Positions 18,514 through 28,859 are shown, counted from the first letter of the stretch. The stretch: 64,000 nt of DNA from Candidatus Thorarchaeota archaeon (GCA_003345545.1 PRDH01000047.1:4692-68691); one strand, 5' to 3'. Numbers and translations are program-made. Notes: generated by a model from the sequence alone, not told the origin.

Positions 18514-18908
18514 TTCTATCGGTAATTCAGGCAAGGGTTTCGTTTTGAAGCTCCTTGTCATCGTTTCCTTTTTCTGAGAAGTGGTTGTCTAGTCTAGCTC
18601 GTTTTCTCACATCATTTGGAGGAGCCTTTCTCCACCACATTTCTACATCCTTTTGCGAACGAGTGTGAGCCTCCCAATGTGCAGAAACACGACCAGATGT
18701 GCTGTAGTATCTGACGTAACACAAATGCCGTCCTGTGTTGATTCCCAGATTACTGCACAATCTCTGTTCATCGAGTTGGAGTGCGTTCTTATGGGATCTA
18801 GCAATGGTATCTAGTTTCGAGGCGAGGTGTGCTACTGACGAGTCCTTCGATTTCTTGCTGAGAACTGCAATGTTATTATAATGTAAGAAAGTACTTGCAG
18901 CGACTCAT

Positions 18909-19835
18909 ATGAGGATTCATGACTGTTTCCCCAGGACCAGAATTGTGGCTCTATTTGTCTTCCTGTTATCATTCTCTTTGGTTCTTGCCATACCTAATGT
19001 TGGCAGAGCTGTGCCGGAAACGTTAGCTGATTCGGATCTGCATAATGTCAATGTCGCCATATACTTTGGTGATGGGTCTCTTGGATCTTCTGTCATGGCT
19101 CTTAAGTACATGTTTCTGTGGATGAATGCGACAGTTGAACTCATCGACGGAGCTCAAATCAGAAATGGTACATTGGACACCTATGATATCCTTGCGTTTC
19201 CAGGAGGCTCAGCGACTTCCTATGTAGGTGACCTAGAGGCTGAGGGCCTCGATATTGTTCGCGAGTTTGTCAGAGATGGCGGTTCTTACTTTGGAATCTG
19301 CGGAGGGGCGATGTTCGCCACAAATGCTGCCCTTGGCTTGTTCAATGGGTCATATAGCAGTCCAATCAGTGGAATAGATACATACCTCACTGAGATGTTC
19401 GTGAATCGCAACTCTACAGGACCGGATTTGTCGTCAGAACCTGATTCGTATCAGACAATGTACTGGGGCTCAGCGTATTTCTATAGTGATGATATGTCTG
19501 GTGTTATTCCAATTGCGAACTACTCTCTCAATAATAGACCCGGCATGATAGCTCTCACTTACGGTCAAGGCACCGTGTTCCTCTCCAGCCCTCATCCTGA
19601 ATATGAAGAGGGTGACAACAGAGATGGCACCAATTACTGCGATTACCTGAGTGATCCTGACTCGGAATGGCCCTTGCTCTTGAGAGTATCTTGTTGGTTG
19701 GTCAATGCTTCGAGTAACGAGAATACAGATTCAGGAATCGCGTTTCCAGAATACATCACGTTGCTCGTTCTTGGAAGCGCAGGACTTCTTGGCCTTGGTC
19801 TTGTCATTTATCTCACTAGATTCAGAAAATCGTAG
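18909..19835 (+). CDS. Secreted, C-terminally anchored class-I glutamine-amidotransferase-like (BPL_N-type) domain protein
   Basis: 308 aa. It has a signal/anchor, then VAIYFGDGS...YDILAFPGGSATSY...GGSYFGICGGAMFA (GATase1-like nucleophile-elbow context), several NxS/T sequons and a C-terminal TM plus a basic tail. Confidence 0.5.
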   Translation: MRIHDCFPRTRIVALFVFLLSFSLVLAIPNVGRAVPETLADSDLHNVNVAIYFGDGSLGSSVMALKYMFLWMNATVELIDGAQIRNGTLDTYDILAFPGGSATSYVGDLEAEGLDIVREFVRDGGSYFGICGGAMFATNAALGLFNGSYSSPISGIDTYLTEMFVNRNSTGPDLSSEPDSYQTMYWGSAYFYSDDMSGVIPIANYSLNNRPGMIALTYGQGTVFLSSPHPEYEEGDNRDGTNYCDYLSDPDSEWPLLLRVSCWLVNASSNENTDSGIAFPEYITLLVLGSAGLLGLGLVIYLTRFRKS

Positions 19836-19893
19836 TCAACATCTGACTAGAAACAGGAGCCATTTGCCCGGCTTACAAGCTCAAGACATATGT

Positions 19894-21789
19894 TCACTTA
19901 CGTTTTCTGAAGGCGTATATGTGGCCTATTCCTAGCGTGACTGCAGAGTATACTGCAAAGGCTATTGCTGAGAGGAGGATGAAGAAATACATCAGTGGCA
20001 CAGTGACATCCTGTGCATGCCAGGGCAATCCATTTCCATTGAAGACGATGATAAGCGAGACGCTCAATAGATAGAGAATGGCTGTGGAAGCAATGAATCC
20101 CTTGGCAGAAGTCATCACCTCAGATTGATCCTGCTTTTTAGCAACGTACCTCTGTATAAGAAGGAGAACAGCCACAGCGGTCACGAACGGGACGAGTACA
20201 ATAGCAAACAGGCGGAGGAAGAGCTCGTCAAAATAGGCGGCCAGATAGCTTGCTGAGAACTGCCATCCAGAGAGCACTGTTGTTATTGGCAATATGATAA
20301 GGTAGACAGACATCGGTAGAGCAATCATGACCGCTCTCTGTCGTACGGGAACTGCTTCGACTAACACACGCCTTGCTCTTCTAGATACGATGATCACACC
20401 GCCTATCATACAGCCTGAAAGAAGTAGGACGGCAAGACGAATAGCCGTTTCTTCACTAATCTTGGAATACAATGAGAACTGAAGAATCATGATAGAGGAT
20501 TCCTCCGCTGCCATAGCAGCATCAATCGCCTGCTCATAGAGTCCGGCTGAGAAATTGCTCTCTGCCTGTGACAGCAGGCTACCTGCAGCGTCAATGTCTG
20601 ATGCCAGCATTTCGGCATGGCCCATCACCTGCGCACGTGCCTTGCCCTGTTCAAGACGCAGCGACGCCTGATTGATTCTATAGATAGATTCTTCCCGCAA
20701 GGATAGATTGAGGCTATCAAAAAGGACACTTCCGGACGCATCATAGGGTATCTCCCAGCCCATGACAACAGCGGCTGTAGGAGCAATGGAGTTCTGATGA
20801 TGAGAGTCGGAGTAGATACCAGGAACGACGCGTGGGCCTCTCATGAGAAGTGGAGTGTGTAGAACCTCTGGTTCTATTCCTCCATGCTCGCCTCCCTTGC
20901 CAGGGAAGTCCGTCTGCCCATGGTCTGATGTCACCATGACAAGGGTTGAATTGAGGATTCCCAGGGCATCGTAGGCAGAGAGTATCTCACCGATATAAGC
21001 GTCCTGTCGTTCTATAGCCGCTCTGTAGGAATCAGATAGCGATCCATTCTCATGTCCGATTTCATCAGTTTCGCAGAAGTGTACGACAGTGAATGTTGGC
21101 AAATGAGTAGTGACCAGCTCGACGGCGTAGGCCGATATGAGCCCATCGCTATAGGCTGGCAGTTCCTGCTCGATTGGAGCGTAGCCCGAAGTTGTGTTCA
21201 CGACGAGGGTTTCTTCTCCCGGGACACTTTCGGAGAATGTAATTGAGTAGTTCATCCACTCTCCAAAGAGCTCGTGCCATGTTTCGCTGCCCACAAATGC
21301 GGTTGTCCCGTCATGTCGAAGTGTGGACCTCCACAGAGAATCTGCTGTGAACGGACCAGTATGCTCATTGGCGATAACCTGACTCTCGGAAGTGTTCACA
21401 CCTGAGGGAATCACTCCATAGCCAGCTCTGCTGACACTGATAAGAGTAGAGCATTGTATATCTGTCAGATTCGCCCAGCTGCCAAAGTAGTCTAGACTTG
21501 GTTTATCAATTGCGTAGAATACATCAGCTCTCACTCCGTCTAGGACAATGATCAGAGTGTGGTTAGCCTTGGGGCTGATGTCGGCATCTATCAGGGTAAT
21601 TGGTCCGGTTGGGACATACGTGTAGGGATTGGAGTAGTTGAAGTAGTTGAGTAGTCCGACGACTAGGAGTCCGGTGCTAGCAAGCGAGAGAATGACGAGA
21701 GCAGCTGCTGCAGAACGTGCCGACGACATGATGTTGGGCATCACCGCGTTTTCCCGTGATACAACTCTTGGAGATTTGCTGGGCTTCAC
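19894..21789 (-). CDS. Alkaline-phosphatase-superfamily enzyme (type I phosphodiesterase/NPP-like) fused to a C-terminal multi-TM domain
   Basis: 631 aa. It has an N-terminal anchor, metal-site motifs IIVLDGVRADV and MVTSDHGQTD, and about 6 C-terminal TM segments. Confidence 0.7.
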   Translation of the reverse strand: MKPSKSPRVVSRENAVMPNIMSSARSAAAALVILSLASTGLLVVGLLNYFNYSNPYTYVPTGPITLIDADISPKANHTLIIVLDGVRADVFYAIDKPSLDYFGSWANLTDIQCSTLISVSRAGYGVIPSGVNTSESQVIANEHTGPFTADSLWRSTLRHDGTTAFVGSETWHELFGEWMNYSITFSESVPGEETLVVNTTSGYAPIEQELPAYSDGLISAYAVELVTTHLPTFTVVHFCETDEIGHENGSLSDSYRAAIERQDAYIGEILSAYDALGILNSTLVMVTSDHGQTDFPGKGGEHGGIEPEVLHTPLLMRGPRVVPGIYSDSHHQNSIAPTAAVVMGWEIPYDASGSVLFDSLNLSLREESIYRINQASLRLEQGKARAQVMGHAEMLASDIDAAGSLLSQAESNFSAGLYEQAIDAAMAAEESSIMILQFSLYSKISEETAIRLAVLLLSGCMIGGVIIVSRRARRVLVEAVPVRQRAVMIALPMSVYLIILPITTVLSGWQFSASYLAAYFDELFLRLFAIVLVPFVTAVAVLLLIQRYVAKKQDQSEVMTSAKGFIASTAILYLLSVSLIIVFNGNGLPWHAQDVTVPLMYFFILLSAIAFAVYSAVTLGIGHIYAFRKRK

Positions 21790-22009
21790 TCAGCAGCATT
21801 CGGAGTATTGACCTTTACGGAATCTCAGAAGGGGCCCACTAGGATGATATTATTTAATGACGAAACCCCTCATCTCTCTAGGATACTATTGATTCGCTTG
21901 CGAATAGGAATGAAATTACTATCGACTGATATTCATTCGTTGGATATGAAAAGAACACCAAGAAATACCATTTCTCAATCCTTATGTGCGAATTCGCCAA
22001 GTCTGACTG

Positions 22010-22675
22010 ATGTGCGGCCGTTTCTCCATGTTCTCTGACATCAAGGCACTTAGGGACAGGTTCAAGATAGAGGAGATACTCAAGGCTCCAGAGCCAAGAT
22101 ACAACATTGCACCGGCTCAGAAGATAAGTGTCATAGTTCAGCAAGAAAAAAGGAAACTCACAGAGATGAAGTGGGGACTGGTCCCCTCCTGGGCGAAGGA
22201 CTCTAGGATGGGCAATAGTCTAATCAATGCTCGGGCGGAAACAGTCGCCACGAAGCCCGCGTTCAGGAACGCGTTCAAGAGACGCAGATGTCTCATTCTT
22301 GCAGACAGCTTCTTCGAGTGGCAGAAGAGTGGAGAAATCAAGACTCCAATTCTCATTCGACTAAAGTCCGAGCAGCCCTTTGCAATGGCAGGGCTCTATG
22401 AGTACTGGAAGATGAAGTCCGGCAAGACCCTAGAGAGCTGTGCTATAGTGACAACAGCGGCGAATACCTTCATGAAGCCTATTCATGATAGGATGCCTGT
22501 CATCCTCAGACCGGAGAATGAGGATAGATGGCTCGACCCTGAGCTACAGGAAACCGCACAGATTGCTGCCCTGCTGGAACCAGTTGAATCTGGCCTCCTT
22601 GAGTCATTTGAAGTATCCACGTATGTGAACTCCCCAAAGAATCGTGACTCTGTGGTCATTCGACCAATACATTGA
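22010..22675 (+). CDS. SRAP (SOS-response-associated peptidase / YedK-HMCES family) abasic-site processing protein
   Basis: 221 aa. It starts MCGRFS (catalytic Cys2) and contains NAR(A/S)ET and PIHDRMPVIL, the characteristic SRAP motifs. Confidence 0.85.
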   Translation: MCGRFSMFSDIKALRDRFKIEEILKAPEPRYNIAPAQKISVIVQQEKRKLTEMKWGLVPSWAKDSRMGNSLINARAETVATKPAFRNAFKRRRCLILADSFFEWQKSGEIKTPILIRLKSEQPFAMAGLYEYWKMKSGKTLESCAIVTTAANTFMKPIHDRMPVILRPENEDRWLDPELQETAQIAALLEPVESGLLESFEVSTYVNSPKNRDSVVIRPIH

Positions 22676-22778
22676 CGAATTAAGCAGACTGTCCCAGTTC
22701 CTCTTCCAGCCTTTTTCTTGCGATCCTTCTTCATGCTATGGCAGAAGTGAGTCGGGGTTAGGAATTTAAGCGGCCTAG

Positions 22779-23783
22779 ATGTCACTATTCTTTATGCAAC
22801 CGAAATGGGCATCCCTTCTCGAATATGACCCATTGGCGCACCTGCAATCCGTCAGCAATCCCGCGATTCAATTCTTCGTCCAGAGAGACTTGTTGGACAA
22901 TCGAGACCTGTCAGTCGAAAAGCTCTGGACCCTTCCCGGTGCGGAGAAGGTCCTGCGAAGGCAGCAACCGAACGGCTCATGGCCGGACAAGAACAAGAAG
23001 AAGCACGCTAACTCGCCCACGAATTATGCAGTACTCGAGACCTACAGGTCGCTCCGCGTCTTGGTCGAGTGTTATGGGCTGAACAAAAAGCATCCCGCAA
23101 TCCAGAAGGCGGCTGAATTCTTGTTCAGTACTCAGACGTCCTATGGCGACTTTCGAGGCATTTATGGCACACAGTTCACAACGAACTACTCGGGAGGGAT
23201 ACTGGAGTTCCTCGTGAAGGCGGGTTATGACAGCGACGCCCGCATAGATAGGGCCTTCAAGTGGTTCATGTCAGTCCAGCAAGATGACGGCGGCTGGCTG
23301 CTCCCGGTCCAGGTGGCGGGCCTAAGTAGTCTAGCGAGTGATGATTGGATGCAGCAACCCACCGAGGTCGCATTCGACCCCACGCTGCCTTCTTCCCACA
23401 TGGTGGCAGGCATCGTAATTCGGGCCTTTGCGAACCATCCCAAGTACCGGCAGACACCCGAAGCGCGCAAGGCTGCAGATTTCTTGGTTTCTCGCATCTT
23501 CAAATCAGACAAATACACTTTTCGTCAGCACAAGAGCTACTGGACCAAGTATACCTTCCCTTTTTGGTGGAATGACCTCATTGGGTGCCTGGATGCGCTT
23601 TCCCTGATGCATTATCCTGTGGACACACCCGGTGTGCAAGGTGCATTGCACCATTTCAGGACAACCCAGCTCCCAAACGGATCATGGCGACTCGACCTGC
23701 TCGCCGCGAAGACGATTCCGGACATCACCTCGTGGTTTGACCTCATGATTAGCCGAATCTTCAAGCGGTTCTATGGGAACTAG
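22779..23783 (+). CDS. Prenyltransferase/terpene-cyclase-like alpha-alpha toroid repeat protein
   Basis: 334 aa. It has repeated Q-x-x-(D/N)GSW / DGGW motifs (QQPNGSWPDK, QQDDGGWLLP, QLPNGSWRL) spaced about 50-100 aa apart. Confidence 0.55.
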   Translation: MSLFFMQPKWASLLEYDPLAHLQSVSNPAIQFFVQRDLLDNRDLSVEKLWTLPGAEKVLRRQQPNGSWPDKNKKKHANSPTNYAVLETYRSLRVLVECYGLNKKHPAIQKAAEFLFSTQTSYGDFRGIYGTQFTTNYSGGILEFLVKAGYDSDARIDRAFKWFMSVQQDDGGWLLPVQVAGLSSLASDDWMQQPTEVAFDPTLPSSHMVAGIVIRAFANHPKYRQTPEARKAADFLVSRIFKSDKYTFRQHKSYWTKYTFPFWWNDLIGCLDALSLMHYPVDTPGVQGALHHFRTTQLPNGSWRLDLLAAKTIPDITSWFDLMISRIFKRFYGN

Positions 23784-23930
23784 AGTATCATGCAGCACAC
23801 TTGGACAGAAAAGGTCCGCGACATGTTCAACATTCATCATCAGAGAACTACCAATGTAATGCACAGCATGAAGCCATGCGAAAGCTAATCCAAACTGGGC
23901 CGGGCTAATCTACGATCATCAGGCCAGAAA

Positions 23931-24224
23931 CTATCGTCTATGAGGGCTGTACTTCAACTCCATGCCACCATCGATTAGACGCATGTTGTAGGGAAACAGT
24001 CCGACTCTGTCTCCGTCCCTCATGTACTCGGACTGACGGACTACTGTGCCATTGATGAAGCAGTCTCCAATGTCTGACATCTTAAGTCCTAGTCTACCAA
24101 TGAGCTGACGGAAATCCTCACCTTCTCTGAAATCAAGACATAGAATTGTATCCTCGTCCACTCGACTTCCTGGAACCATTTCCCTCAGAATTCCATAGAG
24201 GTGGATCTCAATCATAACCTGCAA
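23931..24224 (-). CDS. Small beta-grasp (ThiS/MoaD/Ub-Mut7C-like) protein
   Basis: 97 aa, or 94 from the ATG at 24215 (MIEIHLYG...). The pattern LIGRLGLKMSDIGDCFINGTVVRQSEYMRDGDRVGLFP is typical of ThiS/MoaD-type ubiquitin-like folds. A di-glycine lies 10 residues before the C-terminus. Confidence 0.55.
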   Translation of the reverse strand: MQVMIEIHLYGILREMVPGSRVDEDTILCLDFREGEDFRQLIGRLGLKMSDIGDCFINGTVVRQSEYMRDGDRVGLFPYNMRLIDGGMELKYSPHRR

Positions 24225-24368
24225 ATGCTATCAATCTCAAATAAACATTGTAGAACCTCTTCAGATTTCTCAATAGGGCTAATCACACCCTACATTCACC
24301 ATGTTTCATTGAGCGGCAATTCGAAGCCTTCATTAGCGGACGACCTCACGCTCGCCTTGTGACTGTCT

Positions 24369-25172
24369 ATGTCAAAGGAAAGAAACCGCCAGTCTTGGGA
24401 CACCCTCAGCAAGTGCTACCAGTCCGAACACATCATATCCCTCGAGGATGTGCACTACGGGCCGCATGCTCCTGGAGAGAGGAGCTTAGGTCTGATTGGA
24501 AATGTGAGAGGTCTGGATGTGCTCGAGATTGGCTGCGGGGGAGGCCAGAACTCCATAGTCTTGATGAAGTGGGGGGCAAAAAGCGCAACGGGCATTGACC
24601 AGTCAGAAGCCCAGCTAGAGTACGCCAGGAAGTTGGCTCAGAAGGAAAAAGTCGTTGTTAGTTTTCTGCAAGCAGACATGGAGGATTTGCATGTCTTTCG
24701 AAACTCGACATTTGATTTAGTTGTGTCCTCACATGCATTTGACTACGCTGAGAATCTGGACCGAGTCTTTCAAGAAACTGCGCGAGTGCTTCGGAAAGGA
24801 GGCCGATTCGTCTTCTGCATGCTCAACCCAATCTGGAGAGTGGTTGGGACAGCATTGGAGAGCGAAGACCTTGCGAAGGTTCAAGCATACTTCGGGGAAG
24901 AAGCAGAGAAATGGTCATGGGCAACGTCGGATGGACAATCCATAGGTGCGTTTGAAACAGTTCCTTGGCGCTTCGAACAAATCATCAATGGTGTCATCCA
25001 ATCAGGCCTGCGTATTGATCGCGTTGTTGAACCTCGTGGATACAACGGGAATGAGGCAGAGGAGATTGGCGTGGAATCAATACCATATCGGGATGCATAT
25101 CCTAGTGAGAAGTTCCTCGCTCTCATACGACGAATACCATTCACAATAATCATTTCCGCCAAGAAGAGCTAG
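24369..25172 (+). CDS. Class I SAM-dependent methyltransferase
   Basis: 267 aa. Motif I is VLEIGCGGGQNS, with a post-I acidic residue and a type-11 methyltransferase layout. Confidence 0.8.
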   Translation: MSKERNRQSWDTLSKCYQSEHIISLEDVHYGPHAPGERSLGLIGNVRGLDVLEIGCGGGQNSIVLMKWGAKSATGIDQSEAQLEYARKLAQKEKVVVSFLQADMEDLHVFRNSTFDLVVSSHAFDYAENLDRVFQETARVLRKGGRFVFCMLNPIWRVVGTALESEDLAKVQAYFGEEAEKWSWATSDGQSIGAFETVPWRFEQIINGVIQSGLRIDRVVEPRGYNGNEAEEIGVESIPYRDAYPSEKFLALIRRIPFTIIISAKKS

Positions 25173-25400
25173 AGTGCTGACACTGAGAAAGGAATCTACA
25201 AAAGAAGAACCTACGAAGAGTTTGAGGGGCTATGTAAGTCGTTGATGACATATGCAGTCCAATCCATGCGCAAAGGAACAGCTCAGACAAAATTCATCGA
25301 CCGGTTTTCAATGACCCGGATAGAAGGCGTTATACGCAATTGAGCTGCCGCCAATGTCTCAAGTATTGAGTAAAGAAACTGGTTTCTCAGAGGCGGGCCA

Positions 25401-26282
25401 ATGTTGGATTACAAAGTGCGTCGAGTTGTTGAGTCTGATAGAGTAGACATACTTGAGATGGCGAGAAGAACATGGGGGGGTCATGACTACATGCCAGCCC
25501 AGCTTCACGGCTGGATGAGGAGCCGTAAGTGCCGTCTTGTTGGCATAGAAGTGAAAGACCACCTCGTAGGAATGGCGAACCTGCACTTGATCGACTTAGG
25601 AAAGACGGGCTGGATGGAAGGACTTCGAGTACATCCCAAGTACCGAAAGAAGGGACTAGCTCGAGTATTGACGCAGGCGCTCGTGAACGAAGGCATCGAG
25701 GCAGGTGTTGAAAGACTGAGATACACCACTGATTCATCAAACTCAGCCTCGATCAGCCTTGCACACGGAATAGGGATGAACGTCAAGACCAAGATGGGCG
25801 TCTTTTGGAAAGGGAGCCTGAAGAGAGTAAAACGCGGAGGTGTGAGAGAGCCTCCTGTGCCTGTTAGGCCAGCGTCTGCAAGGGCTCTGCTCAAGGAAGC
25901 AGGGACGCTATTCTCGGATCGTCTGATTGTCCATGATTGGAAGGCATATGATTTCAGCGCGGAAGGAATCGCCCAAGTTGTCAAGCAATCAGAAGTCTAC
26001 ATAGGCAGGAAGGAAGGCAAGATTGATTCGGTGACATTTGGGACCGAGAGGGTTGAAGGAGGCGAGGGTGGATGGTCAATCACGATATACGCAGAATCTC
26101 AGCAAGCCTTCCTCCAGGCAGTCTACTCACAGATACTGCTGGCCAAAGAGAAGGTCAGCCCCTTCGTGATGGGAATCTACCCGATGCAATTCCGGGACAT
26201 ATTGCTTGAGCAGCGATGGATTCCAAAGTGGACACAGGATTTCGCAATCCTCCTCTTTGAAAAGGACATGAGACCAAGATAG
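25401..26282 (+). CDS. GNAT-family N-acetyltransferase (two-domain)
   Basis: 293 aa. The acetyl-CoA binding motif is LRVHPKYRKKGLARVL (R/Q-x-x-G-x-A). Confidence 0.7.
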   Translation: MLDYKVRRVVESDRVDILEMARRTWGGHDYMPAQLHGWMRSRKCRLVGIEVKDHLVGMANLHLIDLGKTGWMEGLRVHPKYRKKGLARVLTQALVNEGIEAGVERLRYTTDSSNSASISLAHGIGMNVKTKMGVFWKGSLKRVKRGGVREPPVPVRPASARALLKEAGTLFSDRLIVHDWKAYDFSAEGIAQVVKQSEVYIGRKEGKIDSVTFGTERVEGGEGGWSITIYAESQQAFLQAVYSQILLAKEKVSPFVMGIYPMQFRDILLEQRWIPKWTQDFAILLFEKDMRPR

Positions 26283-26372
26283 ATCTGAGTCATGAGCCGC
26301 GCAGAGAAGACAAACCAGTCTATTCAGTGATGTCAAGTCAGACTTATTAGAAAGCTCGGAACTTGAAGGTGT

Positions 26373-27026
26373 ATGCGTCCCAGATGCATAGCACTGCTAT
26401 TGATTGTTATTCTCGGAGCTGGAGTTCTTATTGGTCTCTATGGACTGCAAAACAACCTATTCACAACCTTCGACCCCGGAGATCGTTACCAATCAGAGCG
26501 ACTGGACTACATGGGTGTGATCTATGCGAACAGGTCGAACCAGTATGGCTTCTTCGAGGGATACAGTGAAACAAGCAGCTGTCCGTGGGGATTCATCCAC
26601 AGAGGCATCGATTACTTCTTCATAAACAACACTGAGGTCATTGCCGCTGCTCCAGGTTGTGTCGAACAAGTTTTCTGGCGTGTCAATCCAAATGCAACAT
26701 TGAACATGTACAATATCTACGTGTGGATTCGGTTCAATGCATCCATTATTCTGTATTATACTTTCGAGCCATTCACCCATGTTGAAGGAGACCAAGATAG
26801 ACAGCTGGCAATGCTGAGTGTTCAGGTTGGCGACTGGGTGATGAAGGGAAGTGTCATCGGTCGATTTCTATATGTGGAAGACGCAGCACACATTGATTTT
26901 AGCGTCCGAAACGGTGAGGTAGCGTACGATCCTGAGCCCTTCTTTGGCTCTAGCGACCATGATGAAATCATGGGACTCATTAATGACTACCACCCAGGGT
27001 GGAATCTATCATATACTGCGCCCTAG
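26373..27026 (+). CDS. Membrane-anchored M23/LytM-like domain protein (tentative)
   Basis: 217 aa. It has an N-terminal anchor, an HxxxD motif (FIHRGIDYF), AAAPGCV, and a variant second motif AAHIDFSV in place of HxH. Confidence 0.4.
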   Translation: MRPRCIALLLIVILGAGVLIGLYGLQNNLFTTFDPGDRYQSERLDYMGVIYANRSNQYGFFEGYSETSSCPWGFIHRGIDYFFINNTEVIAAAPGCVEQVFWRVNPNATLNMYNIYVWIRFNASIILYYTFEPFTHVEGDQDRQLAMLSVQVGDWVMKGSVIGRFLYVEDAAHIDFSVRNGEVAYDPEPFFGSSDHDEIMGLINDYHPGWNLSYTAP

Positions 27027-27172
27027 TTGCCTTTCGAGTCAACAAAGGCTCGGTTTATTGATTTGCCATGGTCCATGTGTCAGGGCTCGCACAAAGGACA
27101 CCATAAGGCTCCTGCTTATATAGGTGAGAGGAACTACAAGGAGCTACTTCTTGAATTTGCGATTCATTCGCT

Positions 27173-28840
27173 TTGCAAGGAGGAGGACTATTACCGATGA
27201 ATAAGAATCAGACTATCGCGATAGCTCTCATCGTCATCATCGTAGTTGGCGCCGCTGGTGTGTATCTAATCATGTTCCCACCAGGACCGACTGTACCTAC
27301 GATTGTCATAGGTACTACAGACTCTGTTGAGTCTAATCTGGACATGGCGCTGGCTTACGACTACTTTGGATGGGAGATGATCATTGCACTGAGCTCAGGC
27401 TTAGTGGAAATAGAACCCGGCTCTGAAGCTGGGGCGGAAGATATAGAACCTGCATTGGCTACGGACTGGATAGCGACTGGAGGAGGAACAATCTGGGACT
27501 TCGAACTTAGAGAGAACGTCACATTCCCTGATGGTCGTGAGTTCAACGCAACGGATGTGAAGTACACATTCGATAGGAACTGCAACCTGACAGGAGTAGG
27601 TCTCTTTGAGCTTGATGGGCCACAACTCAATATGGAGTACAATGCTGTAATCAAGAACGTGACCATCATTAGCGAGTTCGTTGTTCGCTTCTATCTGTGG
27701 ATACCATTCGCACCATTCCTGCAACTCATGTCCTGTGCTGCATCCTACATGGTAGACAGGGCAGTTGCACCAATGGATGCTCTTCTCGGATACGCAAACA
27801 CTACACAGACCCCCTGTGCATTAGGTCCGTACCTGCTCGACGAGTGGGTCAGGATAGGCGGTAGTGATGACCACGTCACTCTCGTCAAGAACCCTGACTA
27901 CTGGAATGCCGCTGCAGGATATCCCAAGACTGACAGAATCATCATCAAGATGTACGCCAGCGATACCGCACTTGCGTCAGCAATGACAGCAAAAGAGATT
28001 GATATTGCATATAGGCAGCTCACAGCAAGCCAGATCAATGCCTTCAAGGCAGACGCTTCAGTTAAGGTCTGGGAAGGTATTGGTGCTCAGATTCAATACC
28101 TCTGTTTCAACCAGGATGTACATCCATACGATGAAACAGCTGTCAGGCAAGCACTCGCTGCTGGCATCAACAGAACTCATGTCTGTGCGAGCGTGTTCCT
28201 AGGAACATTCGATCCACTCTACAGCATGATTCCGCAGGGAATGGCATACGCAAACACTGCATTCAACAAGTGGGAGTACAACAAGACGTTGGTTGCTCAG
28301 CTCCTAGCACCTTTTGGCTACAACAACGTGACCAAGCTAAAGCTCAATATGACCTATGAGAGCTCTGGACACTACCCACAGAGTGCACAACAAGCGCTTG
28401 TATACGAGCAGGACTGGGAAGACACTGGCGTGATTGATGTCACACTCTATGGTCTTGACTGGCCAAGCTACAAGGTCGCCAGAGATGCGGGATCTTTGAA
28501 TGTCTTCATGTACGGATGGTATCCAGACTTCATCGACCCAGACAACTATGAGTTCCTGCCATTCGCAGCTTGGCTGAACATGGGCTACAACAGCACTTAT
28601 CCTGCTGGCGGTATAGCTCAGTACAACCTTTGGGTTCAGGGAAGAAGTGCGACAAATGATACTGCACGACAGGCTGCGTATGTTGCACTCCAGAATCTCC
28701 AAGCAGATGAATGCTCAGTTGTTCCACTCTGGCAGAGCAGCACTGTTGCAGTGTCTAAGTTAAGCATCAAGGGTGTTGTTCTGGACATTACAGTCAACTG
28801 GCGTAATTGGCTGCTCTACATTGAAACACCCACAACATAA
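27173..28840 (+). CDS. ABC transporter substrate-binding protein, family 5 (oligo/dipeptide/nickel type)
   Basis: 555 aa. It heads a B-C-D-F operon and has an N-terminal anchor and many NxS/T sequons. The likely start is the ATG at 27197, after AGGAGGAGG. Confidence 0.85.
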   Translation: MQGGGLLPMNKNQTIAIALIVIIVVGAAGVYLIMFPPGPTVPTIVIGTTDSVESNLDMALAYDYFGWEMIIALSSGLVEIEPGSEAGAEDIEPALATDWIATGGGTIWDFELRENVTFPDGREFNATDVKYTFDRNCNLTGVGLFELDGPQLNMEYNAVIKNVTIISEFVVRFYLWIPFAPFLQLMSCAASYMVDRAVAPMDALLGYANTTQTPCALGPYLLDEWVRIGGSDDHVTLVKNPDYWNAAAGYPKTDRIIIKMYASDTALASAMTAKEIDIAYRQLTASQINAFKADASVKVWEGIGAQIQYLCFNQDVHPYDETAVRQALAAGINRTHVCASVFLGTFDPLYSMIPQGMAYANTAFNKWEYNKTLVAQLLAPFGYNNVTKLKLNMTYESSGHYPQSAQQALVYEQDWEDTGVIDVTLYGLDWPSYKVARDAGSLNVFMYGWYPDFIDPDNYEFLPFAAWLNMGYNSTYPAGGIAQYNLWVQGRSATNDTARQAAYVALQNLQADECSVVPLWQSSTVAVSKLSIKGVVLDITVNWRNWLLYIETPTT

Positions 28841-28859
28841 GCGCATACGAATCCAGGAA

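Noticed and set aside
18527-18760. 77-aa minus-strand ORF between rubredoxin and the GATase1-like gene
   Set aside because: The frame stays open well upstream of its TTG without a canonical start. I found no motif, and the product is basic and low-complexity. There is not enough support to call it a gene, although a small protein or gene remnant cannot be excluded.
21892-21997. Palindromes sharing the half-site GCGAAT upstream of the SRAP gene: ATTCGCttGCGAAT at 21892-21905 and GCGAATTCGC at 21988-21997
   Set aside because: Perfect 10-bp palindromes are expected dozens of times by chance in 64 kb. Without conservation data this cannot be called an operator.
22779-23783. Idea that the prenyltransferase-like toroid protein modifies the Rab-like GTPase at 15773-16321
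   Set aside because: The GTPase has no C-terminal Cys motif, the genes are 6.5 kb apart with unrelated genes between them, and QW-type repeats also occur in terpene cyclases and other enzymes. Nothing in the sequence supports a link.
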